IMG/VR virus record: IMGVR_UViG_3300037067_014608
Strand: one strand, 5' to 3'
From: a virus
Taxonomy: Duplodnaviria; Caudoviricetes
DNA: 64,000 bases
Part shown: positions 26,101 through 37,700 of the stretch, piece by piece
Layout: every line of letters begins with the position of its first letter
Position numbering within the stretch: the stretch's first letter is position 1
Translations under genes and position numbers: made by a program
Notes under the pieces: generated by a model
Told to the model about the DNA's origin: nothing
Database searches by the model: none
What the model saw: only the letters and a program-made list of their open reading frames with translations

Positions 26101-28660
26101 GTCCATAATATACATATTTTACATCTTTATTCGAATACCCGATCTGGACATTATTTGCCAATACATCATATACTCCAACTTGTCCGGGTTTTGTAACAAC
26201 CAAATCGCCATTTTTGTAGATATAGATATTCCCATTTAATCTTTCAATATCCAGTTTCGTCCATTGATTGTTTGGAATGTATATTGAATCTGTTGCATTC
26301 GCAGAACTACTCCCCATGAAGAAATAATACCCGGATTCTGTTCCATTAAGGTTTGCAAACCCCCACCCACTTGATAATGTTGATGTTGTTCTGGCTACTA
26401 CAACTGACCCTGCTTCTGGGTTTTGTGTTGGATACATCCAGAACTCTATTGTAAAATCCCCACTGCCAAAATTTAATGTTGCGTAGGATGCACGATATAA
26501 TCCCGTTTTACTTACTGTAAAACCTCCAGAACCATCCGGATATTTATATCCCGTTGTGTTAATTGTTGGGCTACCAGATTGAGTCCATACTATTCCCATT
26601 TCATCATAAAATGGCGGAACTGGCGTTCCGTTGAAGTGCATCCATGATGCGACATATGAATCCACATCACTCGTTAAATTAATATATCTCGTGTATGTTG
26701 TGCTATTACTACCATAACTATTGCTTGCATACAGTGAGACATTGTATTCCCCTGCAACTGCATATATGTAAAGGGGATGTTGTGCTGATGCGTTTGTCCC
26801 ATTATACCATCGTCCGTCTCCAAACGACCAATTCCACATTGTCGGGGGGGGCGAGGACATATCTGTAAATTGTACTGGGAATGGATATGATCCCTGCATT
26901 GTGGTGTTTGCAACAAACGATACTACCGGGATAATATTAGATACCGTAATATAATCTGTTTTGGTAACGGTGTTGTTAACGCTAGCGTTTTGATATAAAT
27001 ATTCTGTCAACGTAACTGTTTTTAATCCTGATGTTGTATATGTATGGCTGACGTTTGCCTCTGTCCCATTTGTGAATGTCCCGTCGCCCCAACTCCAATT
27101 CCATATATTTGGATATGATCCCGTAAAGGTGCTGTTAAATAAGATCGGTGCATTAACGACTTGTGTTGTTGTATTCGCTGTGAAATTTGCTGTAAACGTC
27201 CATTCACCATACTCCAGATTTGTAATCTGGAAGTTATGGATCGGGTAAGTAACCTGAGTTGTTTTATTTGTTATAAACCCATATGCGAACCCGTACGCAT
27301 AAGGATCAGATCCGTCTGAATAGTGTGTATATATTGCATCACATTCAACAAAAGATATCCCTGTTAAATCGTTCGTTGTAATGCCGCTTGCCGATGAGAC
27401 GTTAAACGAAACAACGTTTGTTGATGCGTTGATTTCGCTTGAGACTAATACAAGATCGGGTTGCATCGACGTATTAACACGTATATTTGATACTGTGATG
27501 TGCGCGGGATCATAAGTAATACCTCCGGAAATATACTGTATACCTGAAACGTTCAGAACGTCAAGCGTGAATATATATGATGTCCCGTTATATACTGTCA
27601 GGTTCTGATCAACCGGTCGATTAAACTTTAAAGTTGAATATGGGTCTATATCCGGATATATTGTTTCCAACATTCCGCGATATTGATCGTATGGCGTCGT
27701 GAAATTTGCATTCCATCGTGTACCGTTACTGATACGGAACTCATCCATATAGAAATGGTTACTTGCACCACCAGCAGAAGTATCACCTATTACTAATGGA
27801 TTAATCGTATCATAACTTCCAGTGATTCCTGTTCCTATGGCAGTTAACGATCCGTTTTTGTATATATATACTGATGTTCCATTTCTCTCAATTACCACAT
27901 GCGTCCATGAATTTAATGGTAAACTAAACGCTGTATAGTTTACCGCTGAATTCCCCCACCAGATTGCATATCCGTTTGAAGTTCCGTTGATATTGGTTAT
28001 ACCGTATCCGTTAGAGGTAGACCCCGCATTACTGCGTGAAATGATCGGGCGGTTCGCCTTTGCTCCTGTGGGGTATATCCAGAATTCTAAAGTAAAATCG
28101 TCCCCATTAATATTTAGGAGCTCTGATGAGGGGGTTGAAATACGTGCACGATCCTGTGTAAACTGGCCCGACGCTCCACCATATACATATTCCGATGTTG
28201 AAATGCGTGCACCATTTATTGCCGTCCATGAGAGTCCTTGTTCTCCATTAAATTTTGTACTGCCTGAGGTTCCATTCATATGTAACCATGTCAATACATT
28301 TGGATCAACATCACTTGTAAGATTTATAAAATCTGTATATGTTGTAATGTTACTATCAGAGGTATCGTTTACTAGTAGAGAGATGTTGTATTTACCAGCA
28401 ACGGCATAGATATAAATTGGATTTTGTGCTGATGCGTTCGTTCCATTATACCATCTTCCATCGCCAAAACTCCAATTCCACGTTGTTGGCGAACCGGTCG
28501 ATGTGTCTGTGAATTGAACAACCATTGGATATGTTGAAGCAATGGTCTGGTTCACAGTAAATGAAGATACCGGAACTGCCTGAACTATAGAGACCAATAA
28601 AAAGAGCACCAGAAGTATTAATATACTTCTAATATCTTTGCGCTGTTCTCCACTTTTCAA
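23192..28660 (-). CDS. 1822-aa surface glycoprotein: signal peptide, ~10 PKD, 2x LamG + cohesin-like, C-terminal FN3-like domain + 3 TM
   Basis: WNWSFGDG PKD motifs; FT.EFW.YP/DEFRIS LamG motifs; TTG start after GGTGAGG. Confidence 0.88.
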   Translation of the reverse strand: MKSGEQRKDIRSILILLVLFLLVSIVQAVPVSSFTVNQTIASTYPMVVQFTDTSTGSPTTWNWSFGDGRWYNGTNASAQNPIYIYAVAGKYNISLLVNDTSDSNITTYTDFINLTSDVDPNVLTWLHMNGTSGSTKFNGEQGLSWTAINGARISTSEYVYGGASGQFTQDRARISTPSSELLNINGDDFTLEFWIYPTGAKANRPIISRSNAGSTSNGYGITNINGTSNGYAIWWGNSAVNYTAFSLPLNSWTHVVIERNGTSVYIYKNGSLTAIGTGITGSYDTINPLVIGDTSAGGASNHFYMDEFRISNGTRWNANFTTPYDQYRGMLETIYPDIDPYSTLKFNRPVDQNLTVYNGTSYIFTLDVLNVSGIQYISGGITYDPAHITVSNIRVNTSMQPDLVLVSSEINASTNVVSFNVSSASGITTNDLTGISFVECDAIYTHYSDGSDPYAYGFAYGFITNKTTQVTYPIHNFQITNLEYGEWTFTANFTANTTTQVVNAPILFNSTFTGSYPNIWNWSWGDGTFTNGTEANVSHTYTTSGLKTVTLTEYLYQNASVNNTVTKTDYITVSNIIPVVSFVANTTMQGSYPFPVQFTDMSSPPPTMWNWSFGDGRWYNGTNASAQHPLYIYAVAGEYNVSLYASNSYGSNSTTYTRYINLTSDVDSYVASWMHFNGTPVPPFYDEMGIVWTQSGSPTINTTGYKYPDGSGGFTVSKTGLYRASYATLNFGSGDFTIEFWMYPTQNPEAGSVVVARTTSTLSSGWGFANLNGTESGYYFFMGSSSANATDSIYIPNNQWTKLDIERLNGNIYIYKNGDLVVTKPGQVGVYDVLANNVQIGYSNKDVKYVYYGLIDEFRINSGIARWVTNHTTPYMQYRGQIAGFIPDINQNSTLRFKVDPTPYPYAYIYNNTPHGERTLQIQNVTYTDYILGSITTDPLYTYILSVHPNTSTYNDIQLVSYEINNNTGIIQFNITRPGGFSAPFNTRVSIIDWHEIYDNYSANESQQAVYFTYGKMINVSNGIVYPVHNFIATNLSYGPWNLTANFTANETIIHINDTVQFTDTSSEWGAYPNSWNWSFGDGAVDSTNVSTVAHKYTTHGLKTVTLTAYMWQNSSISNVSKKVHYINVTYPIPVSNFTADPVAGIYPLAVQFTDLSTGDAITKWNWSFGDGNFSNAQNPIYVYRRGGNYTITLNATNDGGSNLSTKVDFIAVYNQTVAGFTPNVTYGYVPLGVQFNVNNPDDNATMWNWSFGDGTWQNGTTQIGYHLYNTSGIFTVMEIATNNYTGAVNITTIPNLIQVVDKSTSEFRSNVTFGYAPLSVQFIDFSKNATSWSWEFGDGNTSAERHPVYTFNSTGFYTITESASNAYWTNTTTSINYILVQDPKPIVNMSANTTTGLSPQAIKFNYTLAFGNQATQWNWSFGDGQYSTEQYPLHIYSTPGVYTVIVTAANYGGYFTETKSDYITIGNGNIILDFIGTPINQTYPSSTVTFTSSSSGGLMPTSWNWSFGDGMYGNVENPTHTYATFGTFTVILTGQNESSTNSTVKHGYLTIAEPLTANFLGSPTHTFMYSNGTIPAKVDFADTSNNATSWSWSFGDGNYSTQKNPTHYYVNTGNYTVTLTVKNAYGLESTETKTDYIVVSAATKLSIAVDMGQDYIQWSWGTNNSYYMMIDGEYVTQQINRTEVLNGTPTKIISTKRVSNNLGYYNMELLEPNSEHTFTLVEETNLTPVASGSATTTPHNSVVYIIVIISIILSILMMLLVTRNELLTLIVGGLNTLISTYGVSISYNQFGITYLLYALIVYSGIFIVLSIYLLVRGKTDW

Positions 28661-28664
28661 CGTA

Positions 28665-28834
28665 TCCTCACCTGAAATATTGTATGACGTGTTACTGGCA
28701 CAACACATCTAATATATATACATTTACATTAGTCTTCTCTACCCTCTTTATTTATAAACCTTTCACCGAGAGTTAATTTTGGAAATAATCCAGAAATATC
28801 AGGTAGTACGTCGATAGGTATACCAAAGGTTAAT
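28665..28834 (-). repeat. Promoter/5'-UTR cassette copy A
   Basis: 3 substitutions vs copy D; BRE-TATA CGGTGAAAGGTTTATAAA, hairpin, RBS. Confidence 0.92.
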
Positions 28835-28844
28835 TTCTTTGCTC

Positions 28845-31547
28845 TCATATCGGCACCACGTTGGTTTGATAAATAATATTCCTGTGTTCATCCATCACGG
28901 TGAATGTTAGGTTATCGGTTGAACTATACGTATCATTGTAGTAGATTCCGAGTAGTATCGTTCCATTTGATTCGTTTCTGTATGTGTAGAAGTCTGTCGA
29001 GATTCCTGCTGTTGCATATACTGGTGTCTGTGTAAAGAACGTCTCAATATACTCAGTTTCAGACGGGTAATAATACCGCGTCTCGTTAATGCCATACGAT
29101 GGTGCATTATACCAAATCGAATATTTTGATGTTGGAACCATTACATACGTTATTGACCCGTCAGTACCGGTAATCCCGGACATGGTTGTATTTAGAACCG
29201 GTGTCGTTTCTAAATTAATACCGAATAAGATCGAGACCCAACTTACTGGTATTGATGATGAAATTGCATTCAGTGTAGTGTTCATTCCAGTAATTGCTTC
29301 CCCATTATAATTCTGGCAGACAAACCGTACAACTTTGGTTGTTACATATTGTGTTTGCGATGATGTTGATGTGGATGAAAGGTGCATTGTGACATTCTGG
29401 TTATGATCCATTATGTAATTCTCTGATAAACTTCCATATCCGGTTGCAGATGCACTAATCGCTACTACGCCATACGAATAATATCCAATATAGGTTCCGT
29501 TTGTTGTCGTTGTTGTATTACCCGTTGAATCGATTACTTTAACAACATTTATTGTGTCCCCGCTTTGATCGAGGAATTGGATTATTAAACGATATTGTGG
29601 AGTCAGTGATAGATCCTGTCGGTTTACACCGACAATGGTATTGATTAAATTGGATTTTGTTACTGTATCAGTCCCATATGGGTTAACCACCGTTAATGAT
29701 ACTGTATACAATCCTGATGAGTTATAAACATAAACCGGGTTCTGCTCGTTCGAATAATTACCATCTCCAAACGACCAGTTCCATGCCGTCGGATAATTCA
29801 TAGTTGTATCGTTAAATTGAACGGCTAATGGTGCTGCTCCTGCGGTTACATTAGAGGTATATGACGCTACGGGTGTCTGGCCTACAATATTGATATATCC
29901 CGATCTTGATAACGTATTATTCCCGTAAGTATTTGTTACTGTTAACGTTACTTTATATGACCCGAGTGCGTTATAAGTATAGGATGGGTTCTGTAAGGGA
30001 GATAACATTCCATCCCCAAACGACCAGTTCCACGACGTTGGGGAATTTGTTGACAGGTCTGTGAATTGTACGGTAGTTCCAATATCACCCGTTGTGGGTA
30101 TCGCTGAAAAGTTTGCTACAGGTAATGGCGAAGTTATTGTAATATACCCCACTTTTGTTGATGTGTTTGATCCATAGGCGTTTTCTACGGTCAGTATAAT
30201 TGTGTGAGAGCCGATTACATTGTATGTGTGGTTTGGATTCTGATCGTTTGAATAGTTACCGTCGCCGAATGTCCAGTTCCATGCTGTGGGGATATTTGTG
30301 GATGTGTCGGTGAACTGAACCAACGTTCCACTGTTTCCTGATCTTGGAGTTCCCGTAAAATTAGCAACGGGCGTTGGAGCTGCTGTCACCGTAATATAAC
30401 TTGTCTTTGTTACTGTATTTGAACCACCGGCATTTGTTGCGTTCAAGGTCACCGTATAAACACCGGCGTTCGTGTATGCACATATAGGATTTTGCTGGGT
30501 ACTCGTCCCTCCATCTCCAAATGCCCATTCCCATGACGAAGGTGTGTTTGTTGATGTGTCGGTAAATTGAACGTATAATGTGGCATACCCTGAAGTTGTA
30601 TTCGAAGTAAAATTCGCTACCGGTGCATTCATTGATACGTTAATAAATGTTACTTGCGTCGAGATATTCGAACCTCCTTCGTTGGTAGCATTTAATGTAA
30701 TTAAGAAATTACCTACTCCAAACGTTTGGGACGGATGTTGGGATGTACTAAATGAAACAGGGGTGTTATTTCCAGTCACGTTTGTAAAATTCCATATCCA
30801 CCCTGTTGGCGTATTCGTTGACGTGTCTGTGAATGTTGTCAAAACCGACATGTACCCGGTTGTTGGATCGGCTGTAAATGACGATACTGGCACGGGTTGC
30901 GCATAATCAAATGAAACGTATCCGCTTCCACCAGTACCTCCATTACCACCGATTGCTATTCCATCACCGGGTTCTGCTCCGGCAGCTCCCCCACCCCCAC
31001 CGGCCCCATATCCACCGGTTCCACCTGCTGCACCAAGGGTCGTTGCACCTGTACCACCAGTACCCACTGTGCTGCTTCCACCATTCGTACCATAATACGC
31101 AATTACTGTGCTCCCACCGTTTCCCCCTGATCCTGTATATCCAAATGCCGATGATGCTGTTCCGGAATAACCGCTTGATCCAAACCCGTGATTGCCAGTA
31201 CCCCCGGTTCCACCAATACCCGCCGTTATTTCATACGTAAATCCGCTGGATACTGCGACGGCACTTGCTGCTGATGTTGACCCTGCAAAACCACCGGCCC
31301 CGGCATTTTGGTTCTCGTCGCCGCCCCCACCGCCTCCGCCACCACCGGCTCCAACAACCACTAAATTGGTTATTTGAGATACACCTGTTGGAATTAAAAT
31401 CGAATCGTTTGAGGTGTAAATACACGTTACCGTATCCCCGGATTGTGTGCACCCTGCACTAACAATTCCGACAATGGATAAACTAACTAACAATAAGAGT
31501 AACCACTTATTCGCTGAAATACAATTACGATTACTCTTACCTTTCAA
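28845..31547 (-). CDS. 900-aa secreted protein: Gly-rich domain, ~5 PKD, shared C-terminal domain
   Basis: TTG start after GGTGAGG; ends IIYQTNVVPI; no TM anchor. Confidence 0.88.
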   Translation of the reverse strand: MKGKSNRNCISANKWLLLLLVSLSIVGIVSAGCTQSGDTVTCIYTSNDSILIPTGVSQITNLVVVGAGGGGGGGGGDENQNAGAGGFAGSTSAASAVAVSSGFTYEITAGIGGTGGTGNHGFGSSGYSGTASSAFGYTGSGGNGGSTVIAYYGTNGGSSTVGTGGTGATTLGAAGGTGGYGAGGGGGAAGAEPGDGIAIGGNGGTGGSGYVSFDYAQPVPVSSFTADPTTGYMSVLTTFTDTSTNTPTGWIWNFTNVTGNNTPVSFSTSQHPSQTFGVGNFLITLNATNEGGSNISTQVTFINVSMNAPVANFTSNTTSGYATLYVQFTDTSTNTPSSWEWAFGDGGTSTQQNPICAYTNAGVYTVTLNATNAGGSNTVTKTSYITVTAAPTPVANFTGTPRSGNSGTLVQFTDTSTNIPTAWNWTFGDGNYSNDQNPNHTYNVIGSHTIILTVENAYGSNTSTKVGYITITSPLPVANFSAIPTTGDIGTTVQFTDLSTNSPTSWNWSFGDGMLSPLQNPSYTYNALGSYKVTLTVTNTYGNNTLSRSGYINIVGQTPVASYTSNVTAGAAPLAVQFNDTTMNYPTAWNWSFGDGNYSNEQNPVYVYNSSGLYTVSLTVVNPYGTDTVTKSNLINTIVGVNRQDLSLTPQYRLIIQFLDQSGDTINVVKVIDSTGNTTTTTNGTYIGYYSYGVVAISASATGYGSLSENYIMDHNQNVTMHLSSTSTSSQTQYVTTKVVRFVCQNYNGEAITGMNTTLNAISSSIPVSWVSILFGINLETTPVLNTTMSGITGTDGSITYVMVPTSKYSIWYNAPSYGINETRYYYPSETEYIETFFTQTPVYATAGISTDFYTYRNESNGTILLGIYYNDTYSSTDNLTFTVMDEHRNIIYQTNVVPI

Positions 31548-31549
31548 TC

Positions 31550-31720
31550 TCCTCACCTGAAATATTGTATGACGTGTTACTGGCACAACACATCTAATAT
31601 ATATACATTTACATTAGTCTTCTCTACCCTCTTTATTTATAAACCTTTCACCGGCGTGTTTTTTATTGATTTGTTATGTTTCTGGCAGAGTACGTCGGTG
31701 GGTGTACCAAAGATTAATAT
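31550..31720 (-). repeat. Promoter/5'-UTR cassette copy B
   Basis: Identical to A/D from RBS to BRE; different ~35-nt spacer. Confidence 0.92.
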
Positions 31721-31728
31721 GCGTTGTG

Positions 31729-34700
31729 TTATGTTGGAGTCACCTTTGTCTGGTAGATTATTGTCTTGTTCTTATCCATTACGGTGAACGTCAGGTTGTC
31801 GGTTGAACTGTAGGTGTCGTTGTATAGTGCTCCGAGTGTGATTGTTCCGTTTGTTTGGTCTCTGTAGGTATAGAAATCAGTTGCAATACCCTGTTTTCCG
31901 TAGGTTACTGGTTGCGTGAAGAACGTCTCAACGTATTCGTTTTCCTGTGGGTAGTAATAACGGGTCTCGTTAATTCCCATCTCAACATCTTCAAAGTGAA
32001 TTGCATATTGGGATGTTGGAACCATTACGTATACGATTGAACCGTCTGTACCTGTTGATCCATTCATTGTTGTGTTCAGTAGGGGAGTTGTTCCTAAATT
32101 AATTCCGAATAAGGTGGTGACCCAACTTAATGGGATTGTTGAACCGACTGCGTATACTGTTGTGTTCATTCCTGCAATCGCTTCCCCATTGTAATTCTGG
32201 CAGACGAACCGCACGGTCTTTGTAACGACAAGTTGCGTTGCATTTGTGGATGTTGACGGGGACAGAGTAATATTTACAAGCCTGTTATAATCCATCGTAT
32301 ACGTTTGCGTGATACTGCCATATCCAGATGCGGAGGTTGTGATTGTAACCATTCCGTATGGATAATACCCAACAAAGGTTCCGTTTGAGGTTACTGTCGT
32401 ATTTCCTGCTGAGTCAAATACTGTTACGATTGGGATTACCCTGCCGCTTGGATCTGTAAACTTAGCAATTAACCTGAATTGTGGCGTTAAATTGAGATCC
32501 TGTCTGTTCTGGCCTACAACCGTTGTAATATAATTTATTCTTGTTGATGTGTTACTACCGTATGCATTTGTTGCCGTTAATGAGACTGTGAAGATTCCTG
32601 TCTTATTATACCAGTGAACTGGGCTCTGCTCGTTTGAATAATTGCCATCCCCAAACGACCAGTTCCAACTCGTCGGTAAATTATACGATTGATCGGTAAA
32701 CAGGATCGCAAATGGCGGTGCACCAACCGTAGTGTTTGCCACGAATTGTGCTATCGGGACTGGTGCTATGATATTGATATATCCTACTTTCGTGTTACTA
32801 TTACTTCCATAGGAATTTGTGGCATTCAATGATATTGTGAATAACCCTGCTACATTATACGTGTGATTTGGATTCTGTTCGTTTGAATAGTTACCGTCAC
32901 CAAATGACCAGTTCCATGAAGTCGGTGATACCGTTGACAGATCATTGAACTGGACGTTTGTTCCTAAATATCCGCTTCTTGGAGTCCCATTAAAGTTTGT
33001 ACCCGGTACTGGATATGATCCAACGTTGATGTAATTTGCTTTTATTGTCTTGTTCGAACCGTACTCGTTCGATACCGTTAACATTACCGTGTAATTACCC
33101 ATTGATGTATATATGTTAACCGGGTTTTGGGCTGTTGAATAGGTTCCATCTCCGAATGACCAGTTATAATTCGTTGGACTTCCTGTTGATGCATCGGTAA
33201 ATTCAACTGCCAGAGGTGGATATCCCGCCGTCTGGTTTGCACTAAATGCCGCCACGGGTAATTTTACACTCACTGTGATATAATTTGTTCTTGTTGCAGT
33301 ACTACTCCCGTATACGTTTGTCGCGATTAATCTTACTGTAAATACTCCAGCAACATTGTATGTGTGGTTTGGATTCTGATCGTTTGAATAGTTACCGTCG
33401 CCGAATGACCAGTTCCATACCGTTGGGCTTCCTGTCGATAAGTCCGTGAACTGGACGGTCATTCCGGTGTCACCTGATGTCGGTGAACCTACGAAGTTTG
33501 CGCTTGGTAGTGGCGTTGAACTGACGGTTATGTATCCATTCTTGATCGTGATGTTTGAACCGCCAGCGTTGTAAACGGTCTGTTTTACATTGTATACTCC
33601 GACGTTTGTATAGTTGTGGGATGGGTTCTGTAAGGTGCTCGTGTATCCATCTCCAAACTCCCAATACCAAGATGTTGCATTATGTGATGAATCTATAAAC
33701 TGAACTGATAATGGAGGATATCCCACTAAAGGTGTTGCACTAAATCCTCCAACCGGAGGTTGGACTGTCATATTGATGTAATCTACTTTTGTTGTTGTAA
33801 CACTACCGTATTGGTTTGTGGTGTTCAAACTGATACTGTAAACTCCTGCTACTATATATGTATGGTTCGGGTTCTGTAATTCTGAATAATTTCCATCTCC
33901 GAACGACCAGTTCCATGAAGTTGGTGTATTATTTGTGAGATCCGTGAATTGAACCATCGTATATATTGTTCCGTTTCTCGGAGTTGCTGAGAACTCTGCG
34001 TATGGGATTGGTGCCGGGTTTACACGGATATAATCTGTCTTGGTTTTTATACTATACCCATGTGAATTCGCTGCATCTAATGTTACGGTGAAGTTGCCAA
34101 TTGCGTTGTAAACGTGTACGGGGTTCTGCTCGTTCGAGTAGTTGCCATCTCCGAACGACCAGTTCCATTGAACTGGTGTGTTTGTGGACGTATCTGTGAA
34201 CTTCACGGCAAGCGCCTGATAACCTGACGTTACGTTACTGGTAAAATTTGCAACTGGCCCCGGTAATGACAATACGTTGATGTAATTAACATAGGTTGTT
34301 GCATTAAATCCACTGGCGTTTGTTACATTTAACGTAACGTTATAATACCCCGGGCCAACGAATGTGTAAACCGGGTTCTGTAATGTACTTACGTTATATG
34401 CACCGTTGCCAAACGTCCAATTCCATGTTGTTATATCCGTTACACTCGTATCCGTGAACTGGACGGTTAACATCTCATACCCGGTAGTTATATTTGCGGT
34501 GAAACTTGGTTTTGGTTTCACGATGATTGTGATGTAATCTGTTATCGTGGTTGAATTGGTGGCGTATGGATTGTTTGCATATTCTGTCACGGTGTAAGTT
34601 CCAGCAACAGTATATGTGTGAGTTCCGTTCTGGGTTGTACCGTTCTGCCATGTCCCGTCTCCGAACGACCAGTTCCATGACGTTGCGTTGTCTTTTGGAG

Positions 34701-37700
34701 CGGTTACATTAAACTTAATCGTGTATGGAGCTACACCAAACGTTGAGTTGGCTGTGAATCCCGAGATGGTTGTGTTATATACCGATATATAATTTGTCTT
34801 TGTCGAGATGTTTGAACCCCCGGCATTAGCAGTGTTTAATGAAACGGTGTAGTTCCCTCCTGACCAATAGGTGTGTGTAACGTTCCGCTCCGTACTATAC
34901 CCGCCATCTCCAAACAACCAATTCCACGAGGTTGCATTTCCGGATGAAGTGTCGTTGAACTGGACAGTCAATGGGAATAATCCAGAGGTTACGTTTGACG
35001 TGAAGTCTGATACTGGAGCTGGGACTACATTTGCCGTTATGTAATACGAGAGATTCGTCCAGTTCGTCCAATTAACTCCATTTACTGTAGAGAAGTTAAT
35101 GGTGTATCGTCCGGAAGATGTATATGTATATACCGGGTTCTGCTCGGTCGAGGTATTGCCATCGCCGAACATCCAGTAGTATCCGGTAACATTCGACCCT
35201 GACCCATTGAATTGAACTGCCACTGGCACTATTCCTGTGGTAACGTTGCTTGTGATATTTGATGAGGACTGGTTGTAAACTGTAATGTAATCGGTTCTTG
35301 ATGTTGTGTTTGAACCTCCAGCGTTTGTTGCTGTGAAGTTGACTGTGAATGTACCTCCTGTTCTGTAGATATGCGTTGCATTACGTATATTACTAAACGT
35401 GCCATCACCGAACGAGTAGTTATATGAGGTTACTGCCAACCCGTTTATCGTGTCTGAGAAGGTAACGGTTAACGGATACGTTCCACTTAATGGTGTTCCA
35501 TTGAACGCTGTGATCGGGATCTTTGGATTGATCGTAATGTAATTCGTTCTGGTCTTTGTGTTTGAACCATATGTGTTCGTTGCATTTAACCTAACGTTAA
35601 ATTTACCTATTACGTCATACGTGTGGGTTGGGCTCTGTTCGCTTGAATAGTTGCCATCGCCAAATGACCAGTTCCACTCAATCGGGGAGTTTGTTGACGT
35701 ATCGGTAAATGTTACTGTTGTTCCATTATATCCAGATAATGGATCTGCTGTGAAATTTGTGACCGGGACTGGTAGTTCAGCTACTACAATGTATCCGCTC
35801 TTGGTTATTTGATCTGATCCTCCTGAATTCGAGACCTTTAAGGTAATTGAATACGTTCCCGCTGATGCAAAGGTGTGTGTCGGGTTCTGTGCGTCTGAAT
35901 ACGATCCGTCATTGAATGTCCAGTTCCACCATGTCGGCACGTTTGTTGTTTGATCTGTGAACGATACGGTGAGTGGCGGATACCCTGCTGTCTGGTTTGC
36001 TCCGAAATCTGCTACTGGCGTATATGCTACTATTGAGACATAATTTGTTCTGGTCTTTGTATTGCTGCCATATCCGTTTGTTGCGTTTAATGAAATTGTA
36101 TACGTTCCGGGTGAGTTATACACATACGTTGGGTTCTGCTCATTCGAGTAGTTACCATCCCCGAACGACCAGTTCCATTGGTTCGGCAGGTTCGTTGAAT
36201 AATCAGTGAACGCAATTGTATCTCCAATTGTGGTGCTTGTCGGTGACGCGGTAAAGTTTGATTCTGGGATTGGTAATGTTGTGACGGTTATGTAATTCGT
36301 TCTTGTTGATGTGTTATATCCCACTACGTTAGTTGCATTATCTATTACCGTATACGTCCCGGGGTTAACGTATATGTGAACCGGGTTCTGCTCGGTTGAG
36401 TAATTTCCATCGCCGAACGACCAGTTCCATGAAATCGGGAATCCGATTGTCGCATCAACAAACTGGACTGCTAATGGCGGGTATCCGGATGTGCTGTTTG
36501 CACTGAAGTATGCTGTTGGCAACTGATCGTTGATATAGATATAATTTACTTTTGTTGTTTCATTATACCCATACGGATTGCTTGCATTTAATGTAACAGT
36601 GTAATTTCCACCCGCTGTATAGGTATGTGTGGTGTTTCTTGACTCCGAATAGTAACCATCTCCGAAACTCCAGTTCCATGCTGTCGGGTTGCGTGTGGAT
36701 AGATCATTGAACGTTACCGTTAATCCGACACTCCCACTTAATGGCGTCCCAACGAAGTTTACTATCGGTATCGGTGCTTGAGTTACAGAAATATATCCGT
36801 ATCTTGTCGAGGTGTTTGTCCAATACCCGTTTGTTGCTGAGAACGTAACCGTATAACTTCCGGGGTACTTGTATACATAGAGTGGGGATTGTACCTCTGA
36901 ATAGTTACCGTCTCCAAATGACCAGTTCCATGCCGTCGCATTTGTACTGTATCCTGTGAATTGAACCGCTAGTGGGTTATATCCGCTTGATATATTTGAT
37001 GTGAACCCGTTCGTTGTTTTATTGTATATCGTTATGTAATTTGTTTTCGTTGATACATTGGTCTCATGATAATTACTTGCGTATTCAGTAACATTGTATA
37101 CGCCACCTAATCCATAGACGTGTGTTGGACTCTGCACCGTTCCATTCTTCCACGTCCCGTCACCGAACGACCAGTTCCAGAAGGTCGCGTTATCGTTTGT
37201 ATTATTTACTGTGAATTTGATTGCTATCGGTTCAAACCCTGAAGTTACATTTGCGGTGAAACCTATTTGGGTTGAGTTGTAAACTGTGATGAAATAATCT
37301 CTTGTTGATAAGTTTGATCCTCCAGAGTTCGTTACATTTTCTATAACTGTATAACATCCTCCGTTTGCATAGGTATGTACCGGGTGCTGATTGTTACTGT
37401 ATTGACCGTCTCCGAACGACCAGTTCCACATGTAGATTGATCCGGCCCCCCCCGGAACTGTTGAATTGTCCATGAACGTTACTTCTAATGGGAATAATCC
37501 GCTTGTTGGAGTTGCATTGAACGCTGCTGATGGTAATGGCGCGGCAAAGGCTGTAATGTAATACGAGATGTTTGTCCAGTTTGTCCAGTGCCCGTTGCTT
37601 GTTGAGAAGTTTATATTATAGAGCCTGACATCCGAGAATATATGTACCGGGTTCTGTTCCGTAGAGGTATTGCCATCGCCAAACATCCAGTAATAGGATG

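Noticed and set aside
28769-28803. 35-nt variable segments in cassettes as CRISPR-like spacers or guides
   Set aside because: AT-rich, nearly identical in A and D, flanks are not repeats of each other; better explained as a fixed-length spacer
28661-31586. ORF-track starts at 28708 and 31586
   Set aside because: They lie inside the repeated UTR in different frames; TTG starts at 28660 and 31547 follow the GGTGAGG RBS and give proper signal peptides
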